Below are positions 9,720 through 22,500 of a stretch of DNA of 64,000 nucleotides, in pieces (within the stretch, counting starts at the first letter, position 1; each line of letters opens with the position of its first letter). The translations under genes and the position numbers were made by a program. A model generated the notes under the pieces. It was not told the DNA's origin, did no database searches, and was given only the letters and a program-made list of their open reading frames with translations. The stretch is from Pristiophorus japonicus. Taxonomy: Eukaryota. Where the stretch lies: NCBI RefSeq assembly GCF_044704955.1, contig NC_091998.1:35650001-35714000 (forward strand), in the 5' to 3' direction.

Positions 9720-10022
9720 TATATTACATTTGGTCCCCTCATCCAAATCATTGATATAGATTGTGAATAGCTTGGGCCCAAGCACCGATCCTTATAGCAC
9801 CCCACTAGTTACAGTCTGCCAACTCGAAAATGACTCATTTTCTCTGTTTTCTGTCCATTAACCATTCCTCAATCCAATGAATCCATATCCCAAAAACATG
9901 AGCCCTAACCTCTTGTGTGTCAGCTTATCGAATGCCTGCTGAAAATCCAAATACACGACATCCACTGGTACCCCCTTATCTATTCCGCGAGTTACAACCT
10001 CAAAAAACATTAACAGATTTGT
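9720..10022 (-). mobile_element. Decayed CR1 RT core fragment (copy G; probably the upstream part of copy F), cut by the satellite
   Basis: Minus strand reads TNLLMFFEVVTRGIDKGVPVDVVYLDFQQAFDK.. and ..VTSGVL*GSVLGPKLFTIYINDLDEGTKCNI. Confidence 0.85.
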
Positions 10023-10569
10023 GACACAGGATCATTGTTCATTACAGGATCATTGTCAGTTACAGGATCGCTGTCAGTTACAGGATCATTGTCCATTACA
10101 GGATCATTGCCATTACAGGAACATTGTCCGTTACAGGATCATTGTCCATTACAGGATCACGGTCAGTTACTGGATCACTGCCCATTACAGGATCACTTTC
10201 TGTGACAGGATCATTGTCCGTTACAGAATCACTGTCAGTTACAGGGTCACTATCCATTACAGGATCATTGTGCATTACAGGATCATTGTCCATTACAGGA
10301 TCACTGTCTGTTACAGGACCATTGTCAGATACAGCATCACTCTTCATTACAGGATCACTGTCAGTTACAGGGTCATTGTCATTACAGGAGCACTGTCCGT
10401 TACAGGATCACTGTCCATTACAGAATCGTTGAACATTACAGGATCATTGTCAGTTACAGGATCATTGTCCGTGACAGGATCATTGTACGTTACAGGATCA
10501 TTGTCAGTTTCAGGATCACTGTCCGTTACAGGATCATTGTCTGTTATAGGATCATTGTCAATTACAGGA

Positions 10570-13260
10570 TCATTATCAGTTGCAGGATCACTTTCAGTTA
10601 CAGGATCATTGTCCGTTACAGGATCACTGTCCGTTACAGGATCACTGTCCATTACAGGATCATTGTCCGTGACAGCATCATTGTCAGTTACAGGATCACT
10701 GTCCGTTACAGGATCACTGTCAGTTACAGGATCATTGTCCATTACAGGATCATTGTCCGTTACAGGATCATTGTCAATTACAGGATCATTGTCAGTCACA
10801 GGATCACTGTCAGTTACAGGATCACTGTCCATTACAGGATCATTGTCCGTTAAAAGAGTCATGGTCAGTTACAAGATATTTGTCCATTACAGGATCACTG
10901 TCAGTTACAGGATCACTGTCCGTTACAGGATCATTGTCAGTTACAGGATCATTGTCAGTTTCACGATCACTGTCTGTTACAGGAACCTTGTGAGTTACAG
11001 GATAATTGACAGTTACAGGATCATTGTCAGTTACAGGATCACTGTCAGTTACAAGATCACTGTCAGTTACAGGATCATTTTCAGTTACAGGATCATTGCC
11101 AGTTACAGGATCACTGTCTGTTACAGGATCATTGTCAGTTACAGGATCATTATCCGTTTCAGGATCATTGTCCTTTGCTGGATCATTGTCAGTTACAAGA
11201 TTATTGTCAGTTACAGGTACACTGTCCATTACAGGATCATTGTCAGTTACAGGATCATTGTCAGTTACAGGATCGCTGTCGGTTACAGGATCATTGTCCA
11301 TTACAGGATCACTGTCCGTTACAGGATCATTGTCAGTTGCAGGATCATTGTCAGTTACTGGATCATTCTCAGTCACAGGATAATTGTCCGTTACATGATC
11401 ACTGTCTGTTACAGGATCATTGTCAGTTACAGGATCATTATCCGTTTCAGGATCATTGTCCTTTGCTGGATCATTGTCAGTTACAAGATTATTGTCAGTT
11501 ACAGGTACACTGTCCATTACAGAATCATTGTCAGTTATAGGATCATTGTCAGTTACAGGATCGCTGTCGGTTACAGGATCATTGTCCATTACAGGATCAC
11601 TGTCCGTTACAGGATCATTGTCAGTTGCAAGATCATTGTCAGTTACTGGATCATTCTCAGTCACAGGATCATTGTCCGTTACAGGATCATTGTAAATTAC
11701 AGGTTCATTGTCAGTTACATAATCATTGTCTGTTACAGGATCACTGTCCGTTACAGGATCATTGTCCATGACAGGATCACTGTCCGTTATAGAATCACTG
11801 TCTGTTACCGGATGAGATTCCGTTACAGGATCATTGTCAGTTACAGGATCACTGTCCGTTACAGGATCATTGTCTGTTCAGGATCACTGTCAGTTACAGG
11901 ATCATTGTCCGTTACAGGATCATTGTCAGTTACAGGATCACTGTCCGTTACAGGATCACTGTCCATTACAGGATCATTGTCCGTGACAGCATCATTGTCA
12001 GTTACAGGATCACTGTCCGTTACAGGATCACTGTCAGTTACAGGATCATTGTCCATTACAGGATCATTGTCCGTTACAGGATCATTGTCAATTACAGGAT
12101 CATTGTCAGTCACAGGATCACTGTCAGTTACAGGATCACTGTCCATTACAGGATCATTGTCCGTTAAAAGAGTCATGGTCAGTTACAAGATATTTGTCCA
12201 TTACAGGATCACTGTCAGTTACAGGATCACTGTCCGTTACAGGATCATTGTCAGTTACAGGATCATTGTCAGTTTCACGATCACTGTCTGTTACAGGATC
12301 CTTGTGAGTTACAGGATAATTGACAGTTACAGGATCATTGTCAGTTACAGGATCACTGTCAGTTACAAGATCACTGTCAGTTACAGGATCATTTTCAGTT
12401 ACAGGATCATTGCCAGTTACAGGATCACTGTCTGTTACAGGATCATTGTCAGTTACAGGATCATTATCCGTTTCAGGATCATTGTCCTTTGCTGGATCAT
12501 TGTCAGTTACAAGATTATTGTCAGTTACAGGTACACTGTCCATTACAGGATCATTGTCAGTTACAGGATCATTGTCAGTTACAGGATCGCTGTCGGTTAC
12601 AGGATCATTGTCCATTACAGGATCACTGTCCGTTACAGGATCATTGTCAGTTGCAGGATCATTGTCAGTTACTGGATCATTCTCAGTCACAGGATAATTG
12701 TCCGTTACAGGATCACTGTCTGTTACAGGATCATTGTCAGTTACAGGATCATTATCCGTTTCAGGATCATTGTCCTTTGCTGGATCATTGTCAGTTACAA
12801 GATTATTGTCAGTTACAGGTACACTGTCCATTACAGAATCATTGTCAGTTATAGGATCATTGTCAGTTACAGGATCGCTGTCGGTTACAGGATCATTGTC
12901 CATTACAGGATCACTGTCCGTTACAGGATCATTGTCAGTTGCAAGATCATTGTCAGTTACTGGATCATTCTCAGTCACAGGATCATTGTCCGTTACAGGA
13001 TCATTGTAAATTACAGGTTCATTGTCAGTTACATAATCATTGTCTGTTACAGGATCACTGTCCGTTACAGGATCATTGTCCATGACAGGATCACTGTCCG
13101 TTATAGAATCACTGTCTGTTACCGGATGAGATTCCGTTACAGGATCATTGTCAGTTACAGGATCACTGTCCGTTACAGGATCATTGTCTGTTCAGGATCA
13201 CTGTCAGTTACAGGATCATTGTCCGTTACAGGATCATTGTCAGTTACAGGATCACTGCCA
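10570..13260. repeat. Higher-order tandem duplication, 1,314-bp period (73 monomers) with internal 288-bp duplication
   Basis: Marker TAAAAGAGTCATG at 10851 and 12165. Near-identical ORFs 10840-11769 and 12154-13083. TATCCGTTTC at 11151 and 11439. Boundaries approximate. Confidence 0.9.
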
Positions 13261-14139
13261 GTTACAGGGTCATTGTCCGTTACAGGATCATTGTCAGTTG
13301 CAGGATCATTTTCAGTTACAGGATCACTGTCAGTTACAGGATCATTGTCCGTTACAGGATCATTGTCAGTTGCAGGATCATTTACAGTTACAAGATCATT
13401 GTCCATTACATGATCATTGTCCATTACAGGATCATTGTCCGATACAAGATCATTGTCCATTACAGGATCATTGTCAGATACAAGATCATTATCAATTACA
13501 GGATCATTTTCAGTTACAGCATCATTGTTCGTTACAGGATCACTGTCCATTACAGGATCATTGTCAGTTACAGGATCATTGTCAGTTACAGGATCATTGT
13601 CTGTTACAGGATCACTGTCAGGAACAACATCATTGTCAGTTACAGGATCACTGTCCGTTACAGGATCATTGTCCGTTACAGGATCATTGTCAGTTTCAGG
13701 ATCACTGTCCATTACAGGATCATTGTCTGTTACAGGATCATTGTCAGTTACATGATCATTGTCAGTTACAGGATCACTTTCAGTAACAGGATCATTGTCC
13801 ATTACAGGATCACTGTCCCTTACAGGATCATTGTCCGTGGCAGAATCATTGTCAGTTTCAGGATCACTGTCTGTTACAGGATCACTGTCCCTTACAGGAT
13901 CATTGTCAGTTACAGGATCATTGTCAGTTACAGGATCATTGTCAGTTACAGGATCACTGTCCGTTACAGGATCACTGTCCGTTACAGGATAATTGTCCGT
14001 GACAGCATCATTGTCCGTTATAGGATCACTCTCCGTTACAGGATCACTGTCAGTTACAGGATCATTGTCCGTTACAGGATCATTGTCCGTCACAGGATCA
14101 TTGTCAGTTACAGAATCATTGTCAGTCACAGGATCACTG

Positions 14140-17100
14140 TCAGTTACAGGATCACTGTCCGTTACAGGATCATTGTCCGTTAAAAGAGTCATGTTCAGTT
14201 ACAAGATATTTGTCCATTACAGGATCATTGTCAGTTACAGGATCATTGTCAGTTACACAATCACTGTCCGTTACAGGATCCTTGTGAGTTACAGGATCAT
14301 TGACAGTTACAGGATCACTGTCAGTTACAGGATCACTGTCAGTTACAGGATCACTGTCAGTTACAGGATCATTGCCAGTTAAAGGATCACTGTCCGTTAC
14401 AGGATCATTGTCAGTTACAGGATCATTGTCCATTTCAGGATCATTTTCCTTTGCTGGATCATTGTCAGTTACAAGATTATTGTCAGTTACAGGTACACTG
14501 TCCGTTACAGGATCCTTGTGAGTTACAGGATCATTGACAGTTACAGGATCATTGTCAGTTGCAGGATCACTGTCAGTTACAGGATCACTGTCGGTTACAG
14601 GATCATTGTCCATTACAGGATCACTGTCCGTTACGGGATCATTGTCAGTTGCAGGATCATTGAAAGTTACCCGATCATTCTCAGTCACAGGATCATTGTC
14701 CGTTAAAGGATCATTGTCAGTTACAGGATCATTGTCCGTCACAGGATCATTGTCTGTTACAGGATCATTGTCATTTGCAGGATCATTGTCCGTTACAGGA
14801 TCACTGTCCATTACAGGATAACTGTCAGTTGCAGGATCACTGTCAGTTACAGGATTCCTGTCGGTTACAGGATCATTGTCCATTACAGGATCACTGTCCG
14901 TTACAGGATCATTGTCAGTTGCAGGATCATTGACAGTTACCCGATCATTCTCAGTCACTGGATCATTGTCCGTTAGAGGATCATTGTCAGGTACAGGATC
15001 ACTGTCCATTGCAGGATCACTGTCTGTTACAGGATCATTGTCTGTTACAGGATCATTGTCCGTTAAAGGATCATTGTCAGTTACAGGATCATTGTCCGTT
15101 ACAGGATCATTGTCTCTTACAGGATCATTGACAGTTACAGGTTCATTGTCAGTTACGTAATCATTGTCTGTTACAGGTTCATTGTCAGTTCCATGATCAT
15201 TGTCCTTTACAGGATCACTGTCCGTGACAGGATCATTGTCAGTTACAGGATCACTGTCAGTTACAGGATCATTGTCAGTTACAGGATCACTGTCCGTTAT
15301 AGGATTATTGTCCATTACAGGATCACTGTCCGTTACAGGATCACTGTCTGTTACAGGATGAATTTCCGTTACAGGATCATTGTCAGTTACAGGATCACTG
15401 CCAGTTACAGGATCATTGTCCGTTACAGGATCATTGTCAGTTGCAGGATAATTGTCAGTTACAGGATCACTGTCCGTTACAGGATCATTGTCAGTTGCAG
15501 GATTATTGTCAGTTACAGGATCACTGTCTGTTACAGGATCACTGTCCGTTACAGGATCATTGTCCGTTAAAAGAGTCATGTTCAGTTACAAGATATTTGT
15601 CCATTACAGGATCATTGTCAGTTACAGGATCATTGTCAGTTACACGATCACTGTCCGTTACAGGATCCTTGTGAGTTACAGGATCATTGACAGTTACAGG
15701 ATCATTGTCAGTTACAGGATCACTGTCAGTTACAGGATCATTTTCAGTTACAGGATCATTGTCAGTTACAGGATCATTGCCAGTTAAAGGATCACTGTCC
15801 GTTACAGGATCATTGTCAGTTACAGGATCATTGTCCATTTCAGGATCATTTTCCTTTGCTGGATCATTGTCAGTTACAAGATTATTGTCAGTTACAGGTA
15901 CACTGTCCGTTACAGGATCCTTGTGAGTTACAGGATCATTGACAGTTACAGGATCATTGTCTTTTACAGGATCATTGTCAGTTACAGGATAACTGTCAGT
16001 TGCAGGATCACTGTCAGTTACAGGATCACTGTCGGTTACAGGATCATTGTCCATTACAGGATCACTGTCCGTTACGGGATCATTGTCAGTTGCAGGATCA
16101 TTGAAAGTTACCCGATCATTCTCAGTCACAGGATCATTGTCCGTTAAAGGATCATTGTCAGTTACAGGATCATTGTCCATCACAGGATCATTGTCTGTTA
16201 CAGGATCATTGTCATTTGCAGGATCATTGTCCGTTACAGGATCACTGTCCATTACAGGATAACTGTCAGTTGCAGGATCACTGTCAGTTACAGGATTCCT
16301 GTCGGTTACAGGATCATTGTCCATTACAGGATCACTGTCCGTTACAGGATCATTGTCAGTTGCAGGATCATTGACAGTTACCCGATCATTCTCAGTCACT
16401 GGATCATTGTCCGTTAGAGGATCTTTGTCAGGTACAGGATCACTGTCCATTGCAGGATCACTGTCTGTTGCAGGATCATTGTCTGTTACAGGATCATTGT
16501 CCGTTACAGGATCATTGTCTGTTACAGGATCATTGTCCGTTAAAGGATCATTGTCAGTTACAGGATCATTGTCCGTTACAGGATCATTGTCTCTTACAGG
16601 ATCATTGACAGTTACAGGTTCATTGTCAGTTACGTAATCATTGTCTGTTACAGGTTCATTGTCAGTTCCATGATCATTGTCCTTTACAGGATCACTGTCC
16701 GTGACAGGATCATTGTCAGTTACAGGATCACTGTCAGTTACAGGATCATTGTCTGTTACAGGATCACTGTCCGTTATAGGATTATTGTCCATTACAGGAT
16801 CACTGTCTGTTACAGGATGAATTTCCGTTACAGGATCATTGTCAGTTACAGGATCACTGCCAGTTACAGGATCATTGTCCGTTACAGGATCATTGTCAGT
16901 TGCAGGATAATTGTCAGTTACAGGATCACTGTCCGTTACAGGATCATTGTCAGTTGCAGGATCATTGTCAGTTACAGGATCACTGTCTGTTACAGGATCA
17001 TTGTCCATTACAGGATCATTGTCAGTTACAGGATCATTGTCAGTTACAGGATCACTGTCCGTGACAGGATCATTGTCCATAAAAGGATCACTCTCCGTTA

Positions 17101-20100
17101 CAGGATCACTGTCCATTACAGGATGAATTTCCCTGATAGGATCATTATCAGTTACAGGATCACTATACATTACAGGATCATTGTCAGTTCCAGGATCATT
17201 GTCAGTTACAGGATCATTGTCATTTGCAGGATCACTGTCCATTACAGGATCACTGTCAGTTGCAGGATCATTGTCCGTTACAGGATCACTGTCCATTACA
17301 GGATCATTGTCAGTTACAGGATCATTGTCAGTTGCAGGATCACTGTCTGTTACAGGATCATTGTCAGTTACAGATCACTGTCCGTTACAGGATCATTGTC
17401 AGTTGCAGGATCACTGACAGTTACAGAATCACTTTCCGTTACAGGATCATTTTCTGTTACAGAATGATTGTCTGTTGCAGGATGATTGTCCAGTACAGGA
17501 TGATTGTCAGTTGCAGGTTCATTGTCAGTTACAGGATCACTGTCAGTTATAGGATCATTGTCAGTTATAGGATCACTGTCCGTGTCAGGATCATTGTCCA
17601 TTACAGGATCACTGTCTGTTCCAGGATCATTGTCAGTTACAGGATCATTGTCAATTACAGGTTCATTTTCAGTTACAGGATCACTGTCAGTTGCAGGATC
17701 AGTGTCCATTACAGGATCACTATCCATTACAGGATCATTGTCAGTTACAGGATCATTGTCAGTTACAGGATCACTATCTGTTACAGGATCATTGTCAGTT
17801 ACATGATCACTGTCCATTACAGGATCATTGTCAGTTGCAGGATCATTGTCAGTTACATGATCACTGTCTGTTACAGGATCATTGTCCGTTGCAGGATCAT
17901 TGTCAGTTACAGGATCATTGTCAGTTACAGGATCACTGTCCGTGACAGGATCATTGTCCATTATAGGATCACTGTCCGTTACAGGATCACTGTCCATTAC
18001 ACGATCAATTTCCCTGACAGGATCATTGTCAGTTACATGATCACTGTCCGATACAGGATCATTGTCCGTTACAGGATCATTGTCAGTTACGGGATCGTTG
18101 TCAGATGGAGAATCATTTTCAGTTACTGATTCACTGTCCATTACATGATCATTGTCCGTTACAGGATCATTGTCCATTACGAGATCATTGTCCGTTACAG
18201 GATCATTGTCAGTTGCAGGATCATTGTCAGTTACAGAATCACTTTCCGTTACAGGGTCACTGTCTGTTACAGGATGACTGTCAGTTACAGGATCACTGTC
18301 CGTTACAGGATCATTGTCCGTTAAAAGAGTCATGTTCAGTTACAAGATATTTGTCCATTACAGGATCATTGTCAGTTACAGGATCATTGTCAGTTACACG
18401 ATCACTGTCCGTTACAGGATCCTTGTGAGTTACAGGATCATTGACAGTTACAGGATCATTGTCAGTTACAGGATCACTGTCAGTTACAGGATCACTGTCA
18501 GTTACAGGATCATTGCCAGTTAAAGGATCACTGTCCATTACAGGATCATTGTCAGTTACAGGATCATTGTCCATTTCAGGATCATTTTCCTTTGCTGGAT
18601 CATTGTCAGTTACAAGATTATTGTCAGTTACAGGTACACTGTCCATTACAGGATCCTTGTGAGTTACAGGATCATTGACAGTTACAGGATCATTGTCTTT
18701 TACAGGATCATTGTCAGTTACAGGATAACTGTCAGTTGCAGGATCACTGTCAGTTACAGGATCACTGTCGGTTACAGGATCATTGTCCATTACAGGATCA
18801 CTGTCCGTTACGGGATCATTGTCAGTTGCAGGATCATTGAAAGTTACCCGATCATTCTCAGTCACAGGATCATTGTCCGTTAAAGGATCATTGTCAGTTA
18901 CAGGATCATTGTCCATCACAGGATCATTGTCTGTTACAGGATCATTGTCATTTGCAGGATCATTGTCCGTTACAGGATCACTGTCCATTACAGGATAACT
19001 GTCAGTTGCAGGATCACTGTCAGTTACAGGATTCCTGTCGGTTACAGGATCATTGTCCATTACAGGATCACTGTCCGTTACAGGATCATTGTCAGTTGCA
19101 GGATCATTGACAGTTACCCGATCATTCTCAGTCACTGGATCATTGTCCGTTAGAGGATCATTGTCAGGTACAGGATCACTGTCCATTGCAGGATCACTGT
19201 CTGTTACAGGATCATTGTCTGTTACAGGATCATTGTCCGTTAAAGGATCATTGTCAGTTACAGGATCATTGTCCGTTACAGGATCATTGTCTCTTACAGG
19301 ATCATTGACAGTTACAGGTTCATTGTCAGTTACGTAATCATTGTCTGTTACAGGTTCATTGTCAGTTCCATGATCATTGTCCTTTACAGGATCACTGTCC
19401 GTGACAGGATCATTGTCAGTTACAGGATCACTGTCAGTTACAGGATCATTGTCAGTTACAGGATCACTGTCCGTTATAGGATTATTGTCCATTACAGGAT
19501 CACTGTCCGTTACAGGATCACTGTCTGTTACAGGATGAATTTCCGTTACAGGATCATTGTCAGTTACAGGATCACTGCCAGTTACAGGATCATTGTCCGT
19601 TACAGGATCATTGTCAGTTGCAGGATAATTGTCAGTTACAGGATCACTGTCCGTTACAGGATCATTGTCAGTTGCAGGATTATTGTCAGTTACAGGATCA
19701 CTGTCTGTTACAGGATCACTGTCCGTTACAGGATCATTGTCCGTTAAAAGAGTCATGTTCAGTTACAAGATATTTGTCCATTACAGGATCATTGTCAGTT
19801 ACAGGATCATTGTCAGTTACACGATCACTGTCCGTTACAGGATCCTTGTGAGTTACAGGATCATTGACAGTTACAGGATCATTGTCAGTTACAGGATCAC
19901 TGTCAGTTACAGGATCATTTTCAGTTACAGGATCATTGTCAGTTACAGGATCATTGCCAGTTAAAGGATCACTGTCCGTTACAGGATCATTGTCAGTTAC
20001 AGGATCATTGTCCATTTCAGGATCATTTTCCTTTGCTGGATCATTGTCAGTTACAAGATTATTGTCAGTTACAGGTACACTGTCCGTTACAGGATCCTTG

Positions 20101-22500
20101 TGAGTTACAGGATCATTGACAGTTACAGGATCATTGTCTTTTACAGGATCATTGTCAGTTACAGGATAACTGTCAGTTGCAGGATCACTGTCAGTTACAG
20201 GATCACTGTCGGTTACAGGATCATTGTCCATTACAGGATCACTGTCCGTTACGGGATCATTGTCAGTTGCAGGATCATTGAAAGTTACCCGATCATTCTC
20301 AGTCACAGGATCATTGTCCGTTAAAGGATCATTGTCAGTTACAGGATCATTGTCCATCACAGGATCATTGTCTGTTACAGGATCATTGTCATTTGCAGGA
20401 TCATTGTCCGTTACAGGATCACTGTCCATTACAGGATAACTGTCAGTTGCAGGATCACTGTCAGTTACAGGATTCCTGTCGGTTACAGGATCATTGTCCA
20501 TTACAGGATCACTGTCCGTTACAGGATCATTGTCAGTTGCAGGATCATTGACAGTTACCCGATCATTCTCAGTCACTGGATCATTGTCCGTTAGAGGATC
20601 ATTGTCAGGTACAGGATCACTGTCCATTGCAGGATCACTGTCTGTTGCAGGATCATTGTCTGTTACAGGATCATTGTCCGTTACAGGATCATTGTCTGTT
20701 ACAGGATCATTGTCCGTTAAAGGATCATTGTCAGTTACAGGATCATTGTCCGTTACAGGATCATTGTCTCTTACAGGATCATTGACAGTTACAGGTTCAT
20801 TGTCAGTTACGTAATCATTGTCTGTTACAGGTTCATTGTCAGTTCCATGATCATTGTCCTTTACAGGATCACTGTCCGTGACAGGATCATTGTCAGTTAC
20901 AGGATCACTGTCAGTTACAGGATCATTGTCTGTTACAGGATCACTGTCCGTTATAGGATTATTGTCCATTACAGGATCACTGTCTGTTACAGGATGAATT
21001 TCCGTTACAGGATCATTGTCAGTTACAGGATCACTGCCAGTTACAGGATCATTGTCCGTTACAGGATCATTGTCAGTTGCAGGATAATTGTCAGTTACAT
21101 GATCACTGTCCGTTACAGGATCATTGTCAGTTGCAGGATCATTGTCAGTTACAGGATCACTGTCTGTTACAGGATCATTGTCCATTACAGGATCATTGTC
21201 AGTTACAGGATCATTGTCAGTTACAGGATCACTGTCCATGACAGGATCATTGTCCATAAAAGGATCACTCTCCGTTACAGGATCACTGTCCATTACAGGA
21301 TGAATTTCCCTGATAGGATCATTGTCAGTTACAGGATCACTATACATTACAGGATCATTGTCAGTTCCAGGATCATTGTCAGTTACAGGATCATTGTCAT
21401 TTGCAGGATCACTGTCCATTACAGGATCACTGTCAGTTGCAGGATCATTGTCCGTTACAGGATCACTGTCCATTACAGGATCATTGTCAGTTACAGGATC
21501 ATTGTCAGTTGCAGGATCACTGTCTGTTACAGGATCATTGTCAGTTACAGATCACTGTCCGTTACAGGATCATTGTCAGTTGCAGGATCACTGACAGTTA
21601 CAGAATCACTTTCCGTTACAGGATCATTTTCTGTTACAGAATGATTGTCTGTTGCAGGATGATTGTCCAGTACAGGATGATTGTCAGTTGCAGGTTCATT
21701 GTCAGTTACAGGATCACTGTCAGTTATAGGATCATTGTCAGTTATAGGATCACTGTCCGTGTCAGGATCATTGTCCATTACAGGATCACTGTCTGTTCCA
21801 GGATCATTGTCAGTTACAGGATCATTGTCAATTACAGGTCCATTTTCAGTTACAGGATCACTGTCAGTTGCAGGATCAGTGTCCATTACAGGATCACTAT
21901 CCATTACAGGATCATTGTCAGTTACAGGATCATTGTCAGTTACAGGATCACTATCTGTTACAGGATCATTGTCAGTTACATGATCACTGTCCATTACAGG
22001 ATCATTGTCAGTTGCAGGATCATTGTCAGTTACATGATCACTGTCTGTTACAGGATCATTGTCCGTTGCAGGATCATTGTCAGTTACAGGATCATTGTCC
22101 GTTCCAGGATCATTGTCAGTTACAGGATCATTGTCAGTTACAGGATCACTGTCCGTGACAGGATCATTGTCCATTATAGGATCACTGTCCGTTACAGGAT
22201 CACTGTCCATTACACGATCAATTTCCCTGACAGGATCATTGTCAGTTACATGATCACTGTCCGATACAGGATCATTGTCCGTTACAGGATCATTGTCAGT
22301 TACGGGATCGTTGTCAGATGGAGAATCATTTTCAGTTACTGATTCACTGTCCATTACATGATCATTGTCCATTACAGGATCATTGTCCATTACGAGATCA
22401 TTGTCCGTTACAGGATCATTGTCAGTTGCAGGATCATTGTCAGTTACAGAATCACTTTCCGTTACAGGGTCACTGTCTGTTACAGGATGACTGTCAGTTA
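14140..22500. repeat. Higher-order tandem duplication, ~4.15-kb period, containing ~1.4-kb subunits
   Basis: ORFs 15557-17296 and 19734-21473 are offset 4,177. Marker at 14181, 15568, 18322 and 19745. Boundaries approximate. Confidence 0.9.

Noticed and set aside
10021-13413. 1,130-aa plus-strand ORF and other YRIIVS / LQDHCQ (Cys/His-rich) ORFs
   Set aside because: They drift among all three repeat phases at indels, which is a translation artefact of an 18-bp repeat.
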